Made by a program: the position numbers and the translations under genes. Positions 48,292-56,992 of a stretch of 64,000 nt of DNA are shown piece by piece. Each line of letters opens with the position of its first letter. The stretch's first letter is position 1. Origin of the DNA: a virus; IMG/VR virus record IMGVR_UViG_3300037851_000831, positions 1-64,000 of that record; one strand, 5' to 3'. Below the pieces are notes generated by a model. It was not told where the DNA came from, did not search any database, and saw only the letters and a list, made by a program, of their open reading frames with translations.

Positions 48292-48538
48292 GTTGGTGCT
48301 TTTTTATAGGTTTCCCGGATATTTGTCAAGCCCCGGGACGCAGATTTTCGGCTCCGGATGCGAACCCGGAGCCGAAGCACCACCTCGTTTTTCTTAACAG
48401 GAACGAAGAAACCTGTGGGGAGACCGGCAGTGATCCCTCCCCGCCATCTGATTTTAGGTTTCAGCAAACCGGGACGTTCTAGTTCGGGAGAACAGGAACA
48501 TTACCTCCACCATCTCCTGTGTAAACAGGAGCGGCGAA

Positions 48539-48612
48539 TGGAGCGGGATGGGAGGATTGAACTCCCCTCTCGAACTTGGAAGGCTCGGGCACAGCCACTA
48601 TACCAATCCCGC
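48539..48612 (-). tRNA. tRNA-Gly(TCC)
   Basis: GCGGGAT acceptor, CGAGC-CTTCCAA-GTTCG anticodon arm, TTCAATC T loop, encoded CCA. Confidence 0.9.
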
Positions 48613-48629
48613 ACATACTCTAACAAAGG

Positions 48630-48700
48630 GTGCGGGAGTGAGAGTTGAACTCACAACAGCGTGGCTTATGAGACCCGCCGGGTTACCGAACCATCCCGCA
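48630..48700 (-). tRNA. tRNA with CAT anticodon (Met or Ile2), atypical D arm
   Basis: TGCGGGA/TCCCGCA acceptor, CTCATAA loop, GTGAG-TTCAACT-CTCAC T arm. Confidence 0.75.
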
Positions 48701-48709
48701 TAAGGAAAG

Positions 48710-48933
48710 ATTGTTTGGGACTTTTACCCCTCGTTGACGAACCCCCGTCGTGCTCAAATGCACTTCGAAGGGACGAGTTTGGCGCTCCCGTCAAGGAGAA
48801 CCCCTAGCCCAATCCCAACTGCGGTTTATCATTCACTATCGGGCATAGCCGCCCGACCGGATTACCGACCGGTTCTTCCTCCTTCAACGGAGGCGTGATA
48901 TTTGTCAGGAAAGGGAATTGATGTAAAGAACAG
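48710..48933 (-). ncRNA. Structured RNA between promoter/boxA and tRNAs
   Basis: Promoter at 48962, boxA-like CTGTTCTTTACA, at least 6 hairpins, no ORF. Confidence 0.55.
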
Positions 48934-48989
48934 AGATAACTATGAGCATCCAGCGACAAAAGTCAAGCCTTCAGTTCATTTTTATTTCG

Positions 48990-49805
48990 GAAAGAAGAAG
49001 AGGGGGAGTCGTTCCTCGCCTTGCGGCGACGCCAACACCCAACAGCGGGAGCCGTCCGGAAAGGAACCTTGCTGTTGTTCCGGAGGACTCCTCCCCCTCG
49101 ATTACAATAAACAAAGGGTGCCGAGGGCGGGTCGTTAACCCACTATAAAGGATTCAGGCTTCAATTCCCTCCTCCCTCTTGTTTCCCCTCAGCCATCATT
49201 GAAGTTTTACCGGCTGAGGGAGGCGTCGTTGCGCACTCTCCACGGCATGATGATTCAACTTACTACCCAACGCCCTACCCGGTGGCGAGATTCGCGTTTA
49301 GCACCCCCATATTTATTATACAGGCAGTACCCGCCAGCGATTTCCCTCGGCGGTTTCATTCATTATTTTAGTCATGCCACTTAGACATTTAATTGTTCGG
49401 TGTTTGGTTGCGAACCAGAGGAATTCGGTCTTTTACCCTCGATACGTCGATCTTGGCGAGCCCCGTGACGCTTTCCCGGAGAAACATTCCCGAGTCGGCG
49501 CTTCGACTATGCCGGAACTGTGAATCCTCTAAAGGCCCGTCGGTTCGGGATTTCCACCCAAAGCGGTGTGGGGGATGCTCCCACTCTTCACATTTTCCAG
49601 CCACATCCCGTTACCTCCCACTATAGCCTTCTTTCAGGCTGTCACACGTCCTACCATGTTGCAGGCAAGGCGTTGAGTAGTAAGTTGAATCTGTAAAGAA
49701 CGAAAATTGCTGCTGGATTTCCGGAACGATCCGAAGACCGTGAGGACCAGCCGTCCCTCGTGTTCGTGGGTCTTAGCCACTACTTGCCGGGTGTTCCTAA
49801 GAACA
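48990..49805 (-). ncRNA. Large structured non-coding RNA locus (~800 nt)
   Basis: Promoter at 49836, boxA-like 49691-49702, ~30 bp terminal helix 49662-49691/49252-49281 with only G-U deviations, no credible ORF. Confidence 0.75.
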
Positions 49806-49835
49806 TTGATGACTATGACACGTTTTCTGATTTTG

Positions 49836-50711
49836 TCAAGCCTTCACCAAAAGATTTCTCGGAAAAAGTGCAGCCTTCCGATTCTCGATGTAGGCATCCA
49901 GCGACATGCTGAAGGCAAAGAAATCCTGATGGAGATACGCCTGCCGCGTCACGATATCGTGGCCGTGGTTGAAGATCATTTCCTTCTGCACGAGAAACGA
50001 AATCGCGTCTCCGGTGATGGCCCCTGCCCGACCGAACGGGTTAGCCCAAAACCAAAGATACTCGAACCGAGCGAGCATTTCAATCCGTCGCTCAAGATCG
50101 ATGCTCTCATCGCGAGCCTGCCCGAAGTAGTATTCGCACATGTGCACCATCGAAGGAACATCGCCGTCGTGAACGTGAACGATCAGGAACAGGTCGGGAT
50201 TGTGAATTGGGCGAATGACCAAGCACTGCTCATTCAGCGACGGGCACACCATCATGCGCCACACGCGGCACGTGTGCATTCCCGTGAAGGTAGGAAGGTC
50301 GGGAACCAGCGGAGCATCGACGGTGCCGAAGTGATAACTGTGCACCTCAGCCTTGAACTGACCGAACTCCGATGACAGGTCGAGGCACTTCCAAAGTTCT
50401 CCAGAGCGAGGATGCTTGCGGATTCCCCAACTGTAAGAAAGTGAGCGGCTCGTTCCCTCGAAGCGACGCTTCCAGTAAAGCACACCATCCTGCACCATCT
50501 GCTTGGCGAAGAACGTGTTATACTTGTGCGCGAGCGAATAGCGCAACGAGAAGATATCCGTCGCGAGTGTCTTAACCGTTAATTGTGAGCCCTTTGCGAC
50601 AGGATACGTGCAAAGTTCGTTATTTTTAACGAATGCAGTAAACGTCTCAAAGTATTCTCTACCAAGAGGATCGTAAGGATACTCGCAAAGAGCGGCTGGT
50701 GTGAAAGTCAT
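49836..50711 (-). CDS. Putative Fido-fold protein, AvrB-like
   Basis: YLWFWANPFGRAGAITGD and QDFFAFSMSLDAY; lacks canonical HPFxxGNGR. Confidence 0.55.
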   Translation of the reverse strand: MTFTPAALCEYPYDPLGREYFETFTAFVKNNELCTYPVAKGSQLTVKTLATDIFSLRYSLAHKYNTFFAKQMVQDGVLYWKRRFEGTSRSLSYSWGIRKHPRSGELWKCLDLSSEFGQFKAEVHSYHFGTVDAPLVPDLPTFTGMHTCRVWRMMVCPSLNEQCLVIRPIHNPDLFLIVHVHDGDVPSMVHMCEYYFGQARDESIDLERRIEMLARFEYLWFWANPFGRAGAITGDAISFLVQKEMIFNHGHDIVTRQAYLHQDFFAFSMSLDAYIENRKAALFPRNLLVKA

Positions 50712-50718
50712 GGTGAAA

Positions 50719-51018
50719 TTAGAGAAGTTCTTTGATGCTGGCAGGAATGCCGTATTTGGCGATAAAGGGAGCGGTGATGATGAACTCGTCGGAGGTCATC
50801 GGATCATAGATGCTGGAGTCATTCTCGGCATCCCGATAATACAGGGGGCGGGGTGCCTTCGACATGTCGAGCGTGAATTTACCATCGTCGTAAATCCATA
50901 TCGTGATGAACTCCTGCACGATATACGTCAGCGAGAGTTTTCCCGCAGCCGTAATCTCGGCTTCGATGTTCTTCATGCTCTCATCGAAGTCGTCTTCGTT
51001 CGAGTCGTGCTTGTTCAT
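50719..51018 (-). CDS. Acidic hypothetical protein
   Basis: Promoter-linked ATG. Confidence 0.65.
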   Translation of the reverse strand: MNKHDSNEDDFDESMKNIEAEITAAGKLSLTYIVQEFITIWIYDDGKFTLDMSKAPRPLYYRDAENDSSIYDPMTSDEFIITAPFIAKYGIPASIKELL

Positions 51019-51109
51019 GGAAGACACTCTACCACGATTTCAAAAAAAGTCAAGGGGTTGGGCGAAGATTTTTCATCACCCAACCCCTAAAAGTGCCACT
51101 ACGGATGTA

Positions 51110-51652
51110 TCAGGCAAACATCAACAGCCACGTAACGCCAGACATCACGAGGAAGGCGAAGCCGTAGAGAATGAGATACTCCGACTGCTCGGAGGTCGTC
51201 TCATATTCCCTCGAAACCACGGTCTTTCCATCGGCTGCAAAATTCTCCCGGCGAAGGCGCTTGAAGTTGATCGCATTGCGCCAAAGGGTAACGGCGAAGA
51301 GAGGAACCCACACAATCGCCAGCCCAACACCAAGGATGACGCGAATGAGGTCTTTTCCAATCACCTTGTAGCCGATGATTGCCATCGTGAACATACCAAC
51401 CTTCGTGTCAGCGATGGAGTCGGCGTGCTTCTCGACAGCGGTCAGCGCAGCATCAGCAGCCTTACCGAACTCTTCACCCATACCGACCCACTTGCCGTAG
51501 GTCTCGATCTTGGCTTGAGTACGTTTGGCTTCCAACTCCAAACGCTGCTCCTGTGTGAGCATGTTCTCCGGAATCGTGACCGTTTGGGTCTGCTGGGCGA
51601 ATGCCGAGACCGCGAGGATCAGGGCGAGGAACAACGATGTGATGTATTTCAT
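51110..51652 (-). CDS. Membrane protein with signal peptide
   Basis: Signal peptide plus 3 TM segments. Confidence 0.8.
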   Translation of the reverse strand: MKYITSLFLALILAVSAFAQQTQTVTIPENMLTQEQRLELEAKRTQAKIETYGKWVGMGEEFGKAADAALTAVEKHADSIADTKVGMFTMAIIGYKVIGKDLIRVILGVGLAIVWVPLFAVTLWRNAINFKRLRRENFAADGKTVVSREYETTSEQSEYLILYGFAFLVMSGVTWLLMFA

Positions 51653-51659
51653 AGGATTG

Positions 51660-51926
51660 TTAGCGAGGAGGTTTGGGGTTGGCTGGAAGGTATGTCTGCC
51701 CCGGAAGTGCTTCGTGGATAATTACCGGTTTCCTGTTGGTATGGTGCTTGTTCCACAGGGTCATAATAAAGGCACGCGCCTCTTCCAACTTCAGATACTT
51801 TCGGTCGGAAAAACCCTTACCTACGTTGTACCACATTCCAAAAACCCTGTGTTCGGGGTAGAACCAACCATCAAACTCACGGACACGATGGCGTTCAAAG
51901 AATTTCTGTTTTGGTGTGAGAGGCAT
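51660..51926 (-). CDS. Hypothetical protein, tandem paralog of 51928-52209
   Basis: RHRVRE..G.FYP...LEEAR. Confidence 0.65.
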   Translation of the reverse strand: MPLTPKQKFFERHRVREFDGWFYPEHRVFGMWYNVGKGFSDRKYLKLEEARAFIMTLWNKHHTNRKPVIIHEALPGQTYLPANPKPPR

Positions 51927-51927
51927 C

Positions 51928-52209
51928 TTATTTGGTATTTGAAGGTGGAAGTAAAAGTTTTCCGCTTGGAAACACTTCGTAAATGTGAACCTTTTCCGAA
52001 ATGGCTTCCGATTCTTCCAATCGGTATTTCGCGATGAGGTACTCCCGAGCCCCTTCGAGGGAGAGATAGAATATCACTTCGCGATGATCGAGAAGGTATA
52101 TCCAGAACAACCCGAGAATTTTCTTCTGCGGGTAATACTTGCCCTTCTCGCAGCGAATGCGGTGCCGACGATTGAACTGCTCCTGAAATGTGAGTTTACT
52201 TCTGCTCAT
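51928..52209 (-). CDS. Hypothetical protein
   Basis: RHRIR..KG.YYP...LEGAR. Confidence 0.65.
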   Translation of the reverse strand: MSRSKLTFQEQFNRRHRIRCEKGKYYPQKKILGLFWIYLLDHREVIFYLSLEGAREYLIAKYRLEESEAISEKVHIYEVFPSGKLLLPPSNTK

Positions 52210-52366
52210 TGCGTGGGTCTTTCCCGGTGTGGAAACCGGTCTCATCCTCGTAGCCTTCCGGCGTGTTGTTCTTCCACCACGACTTGACGGAGGGCCAAAC
52301 CGCCCACACCGACGAGAGGAAAATGAAGGCGATGATGAGATAGAGAGGTGCGTTGGAACTGTTCAT
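52196..52366 (-). CDS. Small membrane protein (GYEDETGFH)
   Basis: Promoter-linked ATG. Confidence 0.6.
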   Translation of the reverse strand: MNSSNAPLYLIIAFIFLSSVWAVWPSVKSWWKNNTPEGYEDETGFHTGKDPRNEQK

Positions 52367-52404
52367 GAAACCGAGTAGATCAGGTTTTGAAGAAAAGTCA
52401 AGCC

Positions 52405-53097
52405 TCACCACACATTTTTATAGCGTTCCTTCAGGATGTGAAGAATGACGCACGACACCTGCCAAGAGATATGCCGCTGAGTGATCAGGATGTTCTCAAG
52501 GTGATTCGTATCCAACTGGATGAGCGGTTTGTCAACCCGAGGCTGGTCGCCGTTCGGACCGAAGGTGCCCCACTTGGTTGTCATGGCAAGAGCACCAAGA
52601 TCATCCTCCGACAGCGACGCACGGAACGATTGGATGTTCTTTGCCAACTTGTCGAGACCGGTTGTGTCAACCTCCTGCTTGGGCAAATTAATCACCGGCT
52701 TGCTTGTGGCATGAGGAACCGGCGAACGATAGACGGGCTTGCCGTCTTCGATTTTTTCAATCTCCAGACGAACAGCACTCATCTTGACGATAACGGGTCC
52801 ATCGATCTTTGCCTTCTCAAACTGCACGGAACCGAACTTGTTGATGTTGTAGTTCCAGTCGTTGTGAAGGTCGTGCTGGCTCACCCGGTCGGGTAGACTG
52901 AACTCCACATACTCGAAGTCAACGCCCTTGCGCGCATCCGATGGAAAGCCAGCCTTCAGATAGTCGAAGCCGCCGTCGATGTAGTATTGCTGCGTTCGGT
53001 CATAATGGAAATCATGACGGTCGCGAGAATAAATCAATTCTCCCGTGGAGTAGACAAGAAGACCGAAGTGACGGAGACGGTTAATCGACATAGACAT
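52405..53097 (-). CDS. Conserved phage hypothetical protein (SRDRHDF..IDGG..Y; WGTFG)
   Basis: Long ORF in operon. Confidence 0.75.
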   Translation of the reverse strand: MSMSINRLRHFGLLVYSTGELIYSRDRHDFHYDRTQQYYIDGGFDYLKAGFPSDARKGVDFEYVEFSLPDRVSQHDLHNDWNYNINKFGSVQFEKAKIDGPVIVKMSAVRLEIEKIEDGKPVYRSPVPHATSKPVINLPKQEVDTTGLDKLAKNIQSFRASLSEDDLGALAMTTKWGTFGPNGDQPRVDKPLIQLDTNHLENILITQRHISWQVSCVILHILKERYKNVW

Positions 53098-53350
53098 GTA
53101 CCTCACGTTGATGTTCACTCAAGGCAATCACTCGCCCGCCAAAATTGTTGGGACCACCATCACACCAGTTGACTAAGGTCTGCTCGCCCGGCCATTCCGT
53201 TCCCGGCACGAGTCGCGTCACAAGATACTTGTGCGTCGCGCCGCGATTGGAGGTCATGTCTTTACGGAAAGACTTAGACACTTCTGGATTGTAGTCGCCG
53301 AGCATTTTAGCAACCGGTGAAAAGAGAGAGGCACTCGCACTCTTTGCCAT
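53081..53350 (-). CDS. Hypothetical protein
   Basis: ORF in operon. Confidence 0.6.
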   Translation of the reverse strand: MAKSASASLFSPVAKMLGDYNPEVSKSFRKDMTSNRGATHKYLVTRLVPGTEWPGEQTLVNWCDGGPNNFGGRVIALSEHQREVHVYVD

Positions 53351-53591
53351 GGATGGAGATATGTTTACGAAGATCAGTGAGGAGATCATCTTTGGTGTAT
53401 TTCATACTGCGACAGAGGTCAACGAGAGATTCACCCTGAGGTCCGGGGAATCCCATAACGAAATCGCCGTCGTCGGTTTGCTCGCCGTTCTCGACAGCGG
53501 TGCCGATGTCAGCAAGAGTCAGAGCACCATCCTCCATAGAGAAGGCGAGTGCGACATAAAGGAAGGGAGTCTTCTTGAGTTTCTTTGCCAT
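53307..53591 (-). CDS. Hypothetical protein
   Basis: ORF in operon. Confidence 0.6.
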   Translation of the reverse strand: MAKKLKKTPFLYVALAFSMEDGALTLADIGTAVENGEQTDDGDFVMGFPGPQGESLVDLCRSMKYTKDDLLTDLRKHISIHGKECECLSLFTGC

Positions 53592-53596
53592 GATGA

Positions 53597-53818
53597 TTAC
53601 TTGAGGTGAGTGCAAACGGTCTGCACGATCCAGATGATGCCGGTGATGCCTGCGCCGAGCCCCATGAGCCACGCGAACACACCACCGAACAGATGACCCA
53701 TGAAGAATCCTTCAATGGAATTGGATCGACCGGTCGCTCCTCGTGCGAAGTTGATGATTACGAAAACCACACCCACAACGAATAGGGCGAGGAAGATGAA
53801 GAATAGCGTTGGAATCAT
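53597..53818 (-). CDS. Small two-TM membrane protein
   Basis: Promoter-linked ATG. Confidence 0.7.
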   Translation of the reverse strand: MIPTLFFIFLALFVVGVVFVIINFARGATGRSNSIEGFFMGHLFGGVFAWLMGLGAGITGIIWIVQTVCTHLK

Positions 53819-53908
53819 GCCGCGAACAATACCAGACGTTTTGAATTTGTCAAGCCCCGGAAGTAAAAAAGGGCACCGATTTCTCGATGCCCTTGAGGGT
53901 CAATCAGA

Positions 53909-54775
53909 TTAACGCCTGAAGCCGTTGTTATAGTTTCCCCGTGCCTTGCCGTTCAATTCCAGCGAATGACCATAACCATTGCCATTCCCGGTGCAAGTAT
54001 GATGCGCTGGACCCTTTCCCTTGTTATGACGTTCACAACCACAGGAAGTCGAAGGTGACGAAACAACCACGACAGGTTCAGACGCAACGACCACAGGTTC
54101 AACCACGGCAGGTTCAACCACTGGATTCACAACCACCGGAACAATCTGTGAAACAATCACATCATCGATTGTGGAGTTGACATTTCCAACGTAGCGAGAC
54201 TCACGAGAATAGAAGGCGACACGACCGTTGCTGGTAAGAGATACCGAGTCGTAGGAATATGCGAGACCGGGAATCTCCACACCATCCTTGAACACACTCA
54301 CCACGCCATTCTGATCGACGATATCGAAATCCATCCACGTATCAAGAGGAATCGGAAGGAAAACCTGCGTGTAGGTCGTACCTCCGGAACGGCAGACGAC
54401 GAGTGATTGAGACTCGTTGTAGATACCGAGCACAAGACCATCGGGGCAATGACCGCTATCACCTGTGGTTAGACCGCTCGTCTTCCACACGAGGTTGGCA
54501 GAGTTCCCACCACCGGTCAACTTGACACGGAACGAAATCTCAAGGTTGCCGTCGAACTGACCGACCGTAGTGATATGACCGCGATTGTACGATACGCCCG
54601 TCTCCGCAACCTGACTCACCGCCGAGTCAGCGTAAGGGAGATTGGCATTCCAGAGAGCACCCAGCGTCGGGGTGGAGAAGTCGTCAGCCATCAGAACAAC
54701 CTTTTGGGTCGTCTGAGCGAACAGACTGTTGATGGAGATGAGAAGGAGAACGAGCAGATAGTGAATGCTTTTCAT
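53909..54775 (-). CDS. Secreted beta-sandwich (ConA/LamG-like) protein with V/P-rich linker
   Basis: Signal peptide, DDFS...IDDV, VVEP repeats; flanked by near-identical terminator hairpins at ~53865 and ~54851. Confidence 0.7.
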   Translation of the reverse strand: MKSIHYLLVLLLISINSLFAQTTQKVVLMADDFSTPTLGALWNANLPYADSAVSQVAETGVSYNRGHITTVGQFDGNLEISFRVKLTGGGNSANLVWKTSGLTTGDSGHCPDGLVLGIYNESQSLVVCRSGGTTYTQVFLPIPLDTWMDFDIVDQNGVVSVFKDGVEIPGLAYSYDSVSLTSNGRVAFYSRESRYVGNVNSTIDDVIVSQIVPVVVNPVVEPAVVEPVVVASEPVVVVSSPSTSCGCERHNKGKGPAHHTCTGNGNGYGHSLELNGKARGNYNNGFRR

Positions 54776-54899
54776 GACACCATGATACCATTCACAAACA
54801 AAAATACAATAGGGTTGATTCCTTATAAAAAGGCAACACGTGCAAAAACAAAAAGGGCACCGATTTCTCGATGCCCTTGGTTGGGAGTAGGATTGGCGA

Positions 54900-55160
54900 T
54901 TACAGCGCGGCGACCTTCGCACCCTCGACGCGAGCGAACTGCTTCGCACTCGCGCCCCGGCGCTTCTTGATGCGACCACGGGTCTCACCGACCACCTGAA
55001 GACCGCCCGCCGCGATGAGTTTCTGCACCCGAACGTAGAGGGTGATGTACTTCACACCGCGATTCGCGGCACCGATCTGCTTCATGGTGAAAGCCGAGCG
55101 CGTGGGGAGCGTGAGCGGCTTACCGTATTCGAGGCGGGACTGACTGTTCGTGTTTGACAT
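54900..55160 (-). CDS. Small basic winged-helix-like DNA-binding protein
   Basis: FTMKQI..NRGVKYITLYVRVQ. Confidence 0.6.
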   Translation of the reverse strand: MSNTNSQSRLEYGKPLTLPTRSAFTMKQIGAANRGVKYITLYVRVQKLIAAGGLQVVGETRGRIKKRRGASAKQFARVEGAKVAAL

Positions 55161-55234
55161 ATAGTGTTTGTTTGAGTTGGTTATCAACCTTTGATGTGAT
55201 TCACTATACATCCTTTCTGAAAAAAGTCAAGGGG

Positions 55235-56245
55235 TCAACCGAAGAATTCTGAAAGTTTTTCTTCCTTTTTCTCTAAATGCTTCGCGATGAGTTCTTTCAA
55301 AAGGGCACGCGCAGCAGTCTCATCCTGCGTCAGATAGTTTCGCAGGGCATCACAATGCTCCTTGTCAGCCAGCGTATCCGAGATTCTCCTCTTGGAGATA
55401 TCAACATACTCCTGCTCAATCTCCGTGCCAATGTAATGACGACCAAATACTTTGGCAACGATAGCGGTTGTTCCACTACCCATGAAAGGATCAAGAACGA
55501 TACCACCCGGAGGGCAGCAAGCCGTAACCGGCGTAATGACCAACTCTTCAGGGAACACGGCGAAGTGACCGTAGCCACGAAGAGACTTGGTGGGAATATC
55601 CCACACCGTTCGCATTGGTGTGGTGGGAAGGTATCCTTCCTCCACAACCTTCTTGCGGAGACGTTCGTAGGTCTTGTCTTGGTTCTCACTGGAAATGGAG
55701 TAGCCTGACTTGTTTCCAATGTTCGTGACATCCTTCCGCTTCTCCATATTGTTCTTGCTGAAGATGCGACGGAGGGAGGATTCCTTCTGAATCGTGCGGG
55801 GTTGCTCAAACCAATACTTCTCGTTCTTCGTAAAGAAAAAGAACTTCTCGTGAGAGACGTTGAAGCGATCCTTCGCAGATGACGGCTGGGGATTGACCTT
55901 GCTCCAGATGACTTCATTGCGGAGCAGCCAGCCCGCACCAGTCATAGCAATCTCAAACCGGCTGGGTACCTGTAGAAGAGACTTGCCACTGTGGGTGTCT
56001 CCAATGTTGACCCAGCAACTTCCGCCCGGCTTCAGGGCACGTTTGATTTCGTCGAAGATGGCGACGAGGTTCTTGATGTAATCCTCAACCGACTTCTCCG
56101 TGCCGATCTGGTTCTCAACGTAGCCGTAGTCGCGCAGATTGTAATAGGGCGGCGACGTAACGCACATGTCGATAGACTCGTCAGGGAATTGACGAATCGT
56201 GTCGAGGTTGTTTCCGACGTAGGTGTGGTCTAACTGAAGTTCCAT
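55235..56245 (-). CDS. DNA amino-methyltransferase, beta class (likely N4-cytosine)
   Basis: TSPPY before DPFMGSGTT; HFAVFP. Confidence 0.95.
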   Translation of the reverse strand: MELQLDHTYVGNNLDTIRQFPDESIDMCVTSPPYYNLRDYGYVENQIGTEKSVEDYIKNLVAIFDEIKRALKPGGSCWVNIGDTHSGKSLLQVPSRFEIAMTGAGWLLRNEVIWSKVNPQPSSAKDRFNVSHEKFFFFTKNEKYWFEQPRTIQKESSLRRIFSKNNMEKRKDVTNIGNKSGYSISSENQDKTYERLRKKVVEEGYLPTTPMRTVWDIPTKSLRGYGHFAVFPEELVITPVTACCPPGGIVLDPFMGSGTTAIVAKVFGRHYIGTEIEQEYVDISKRRISDTLADKEHCDALRNYLTQDETAARALLKELIAKHLEKKEEKLSEFFG

Positions 56246-56248
56246 AGT

Positions 56249-56992
56249 TTACAAAAAGTTTGCGTTCTTCTCCAGTGACCGGGCGCGGATGCGCTCGATG
56301 TGCTGGTCAAGTGTGGGATAATTCAACACATTTCCGGAAACATCAAGATGAAAAAATTCATGTGGGAACAAATCGTCAAACGACGGGCGAAATAAAGAAA
56401 TGTCGCATGTCATGATGAAGTCGCGGAGGGAACCCATCTTTCGGTTGTAAGACCCACGCGCAAACCCTCTCGGTCGTGCACGCTTCGTGTTCGGGTAAAC
56501 ACTGAAGGTTTCGTTATGCACGCTTCCGTTGAGAATCAACTTCATGTCGTAGAGTTCCTTGACGCGGCTTGTGGGGATGCCGTACACAAGCGGAAGAGTT
56601 GCAGCCTTCGACGCCATCCACGGAAGGAAGTTCACGACCACGAACGCGTCATTGCCCGCGAGTTTGGTGAGGAGGTTCGCTTCGGAGAAGGGGCGATTCT
56701 TTCCAATGTCGGTGGAGGGACCGAAGAAGAGATTGTCAACGATGTTTCGCACCTCACACTTCTTAAAGGGGGAGTTAGTGCAGCCCTCGATATCGAACAC
56801 TTCCTGTGAGTCATTCGTCTTGCCACCGAGTTTGCGTGCGACCCAAATCTCAGCATCCTTCGACCAGTTCGCGGCATTGAAGTTCGCTTGGAACATGGAA
56901 ACGTCTCCATTGTAGTTTTCGTCAACGAACAGGCGAAGCCAACTGCCGGGGGTCAATCTGAACAGGTCGAATGTGAGTGGAGTCATAGTCAT
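56249..56992 (-). CDS. Putative restriction-endonuclease-like protein
   Basis: AE..V...FDI...CEVR (PD-(D/E)xK-like); directly upstream of the MTase. Confidence 0.45.
   Translation of the reverse strand: MTMTPLTFDLFRLTPGSWLRLFVDENYNGDVSMFQANFNAANWSKDAEIWVARKLGGKTNDSQEVFDIEGCTNSPFKKCEVRNIVDNLFFGPSTDIGKNRPFSEANLLTKLAGNDAFVVVNFLPWMASKAATLPLVYGIPTSRVKELYDMKLILNGSVHNETFSVYPNTKRARPRGFARGSYNRKMGSLRDFIMTCDISLFRPSFDDLFPHEFFHLDVSGNVLNYPTLDQHIERIRARSLEKNANFL

Noticed and set aside
48480-48545. HDV-like ribozyme (+ strand GGCGAATG after a hairpin)
   Set aside because: Antisense to the tRNA transcript; G-U pairs favour a simple minus-strand hairpin and P1/P3/L3 were not found.
49252-49691. Retron msr-msd, RNase P RNA or intact group I/II intron
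   Set aside because: No reverse transcriptase in the window, no GAGGAAAGTCC/P4 signature, no domain V or P7 consensus, and no interrupted host gene.
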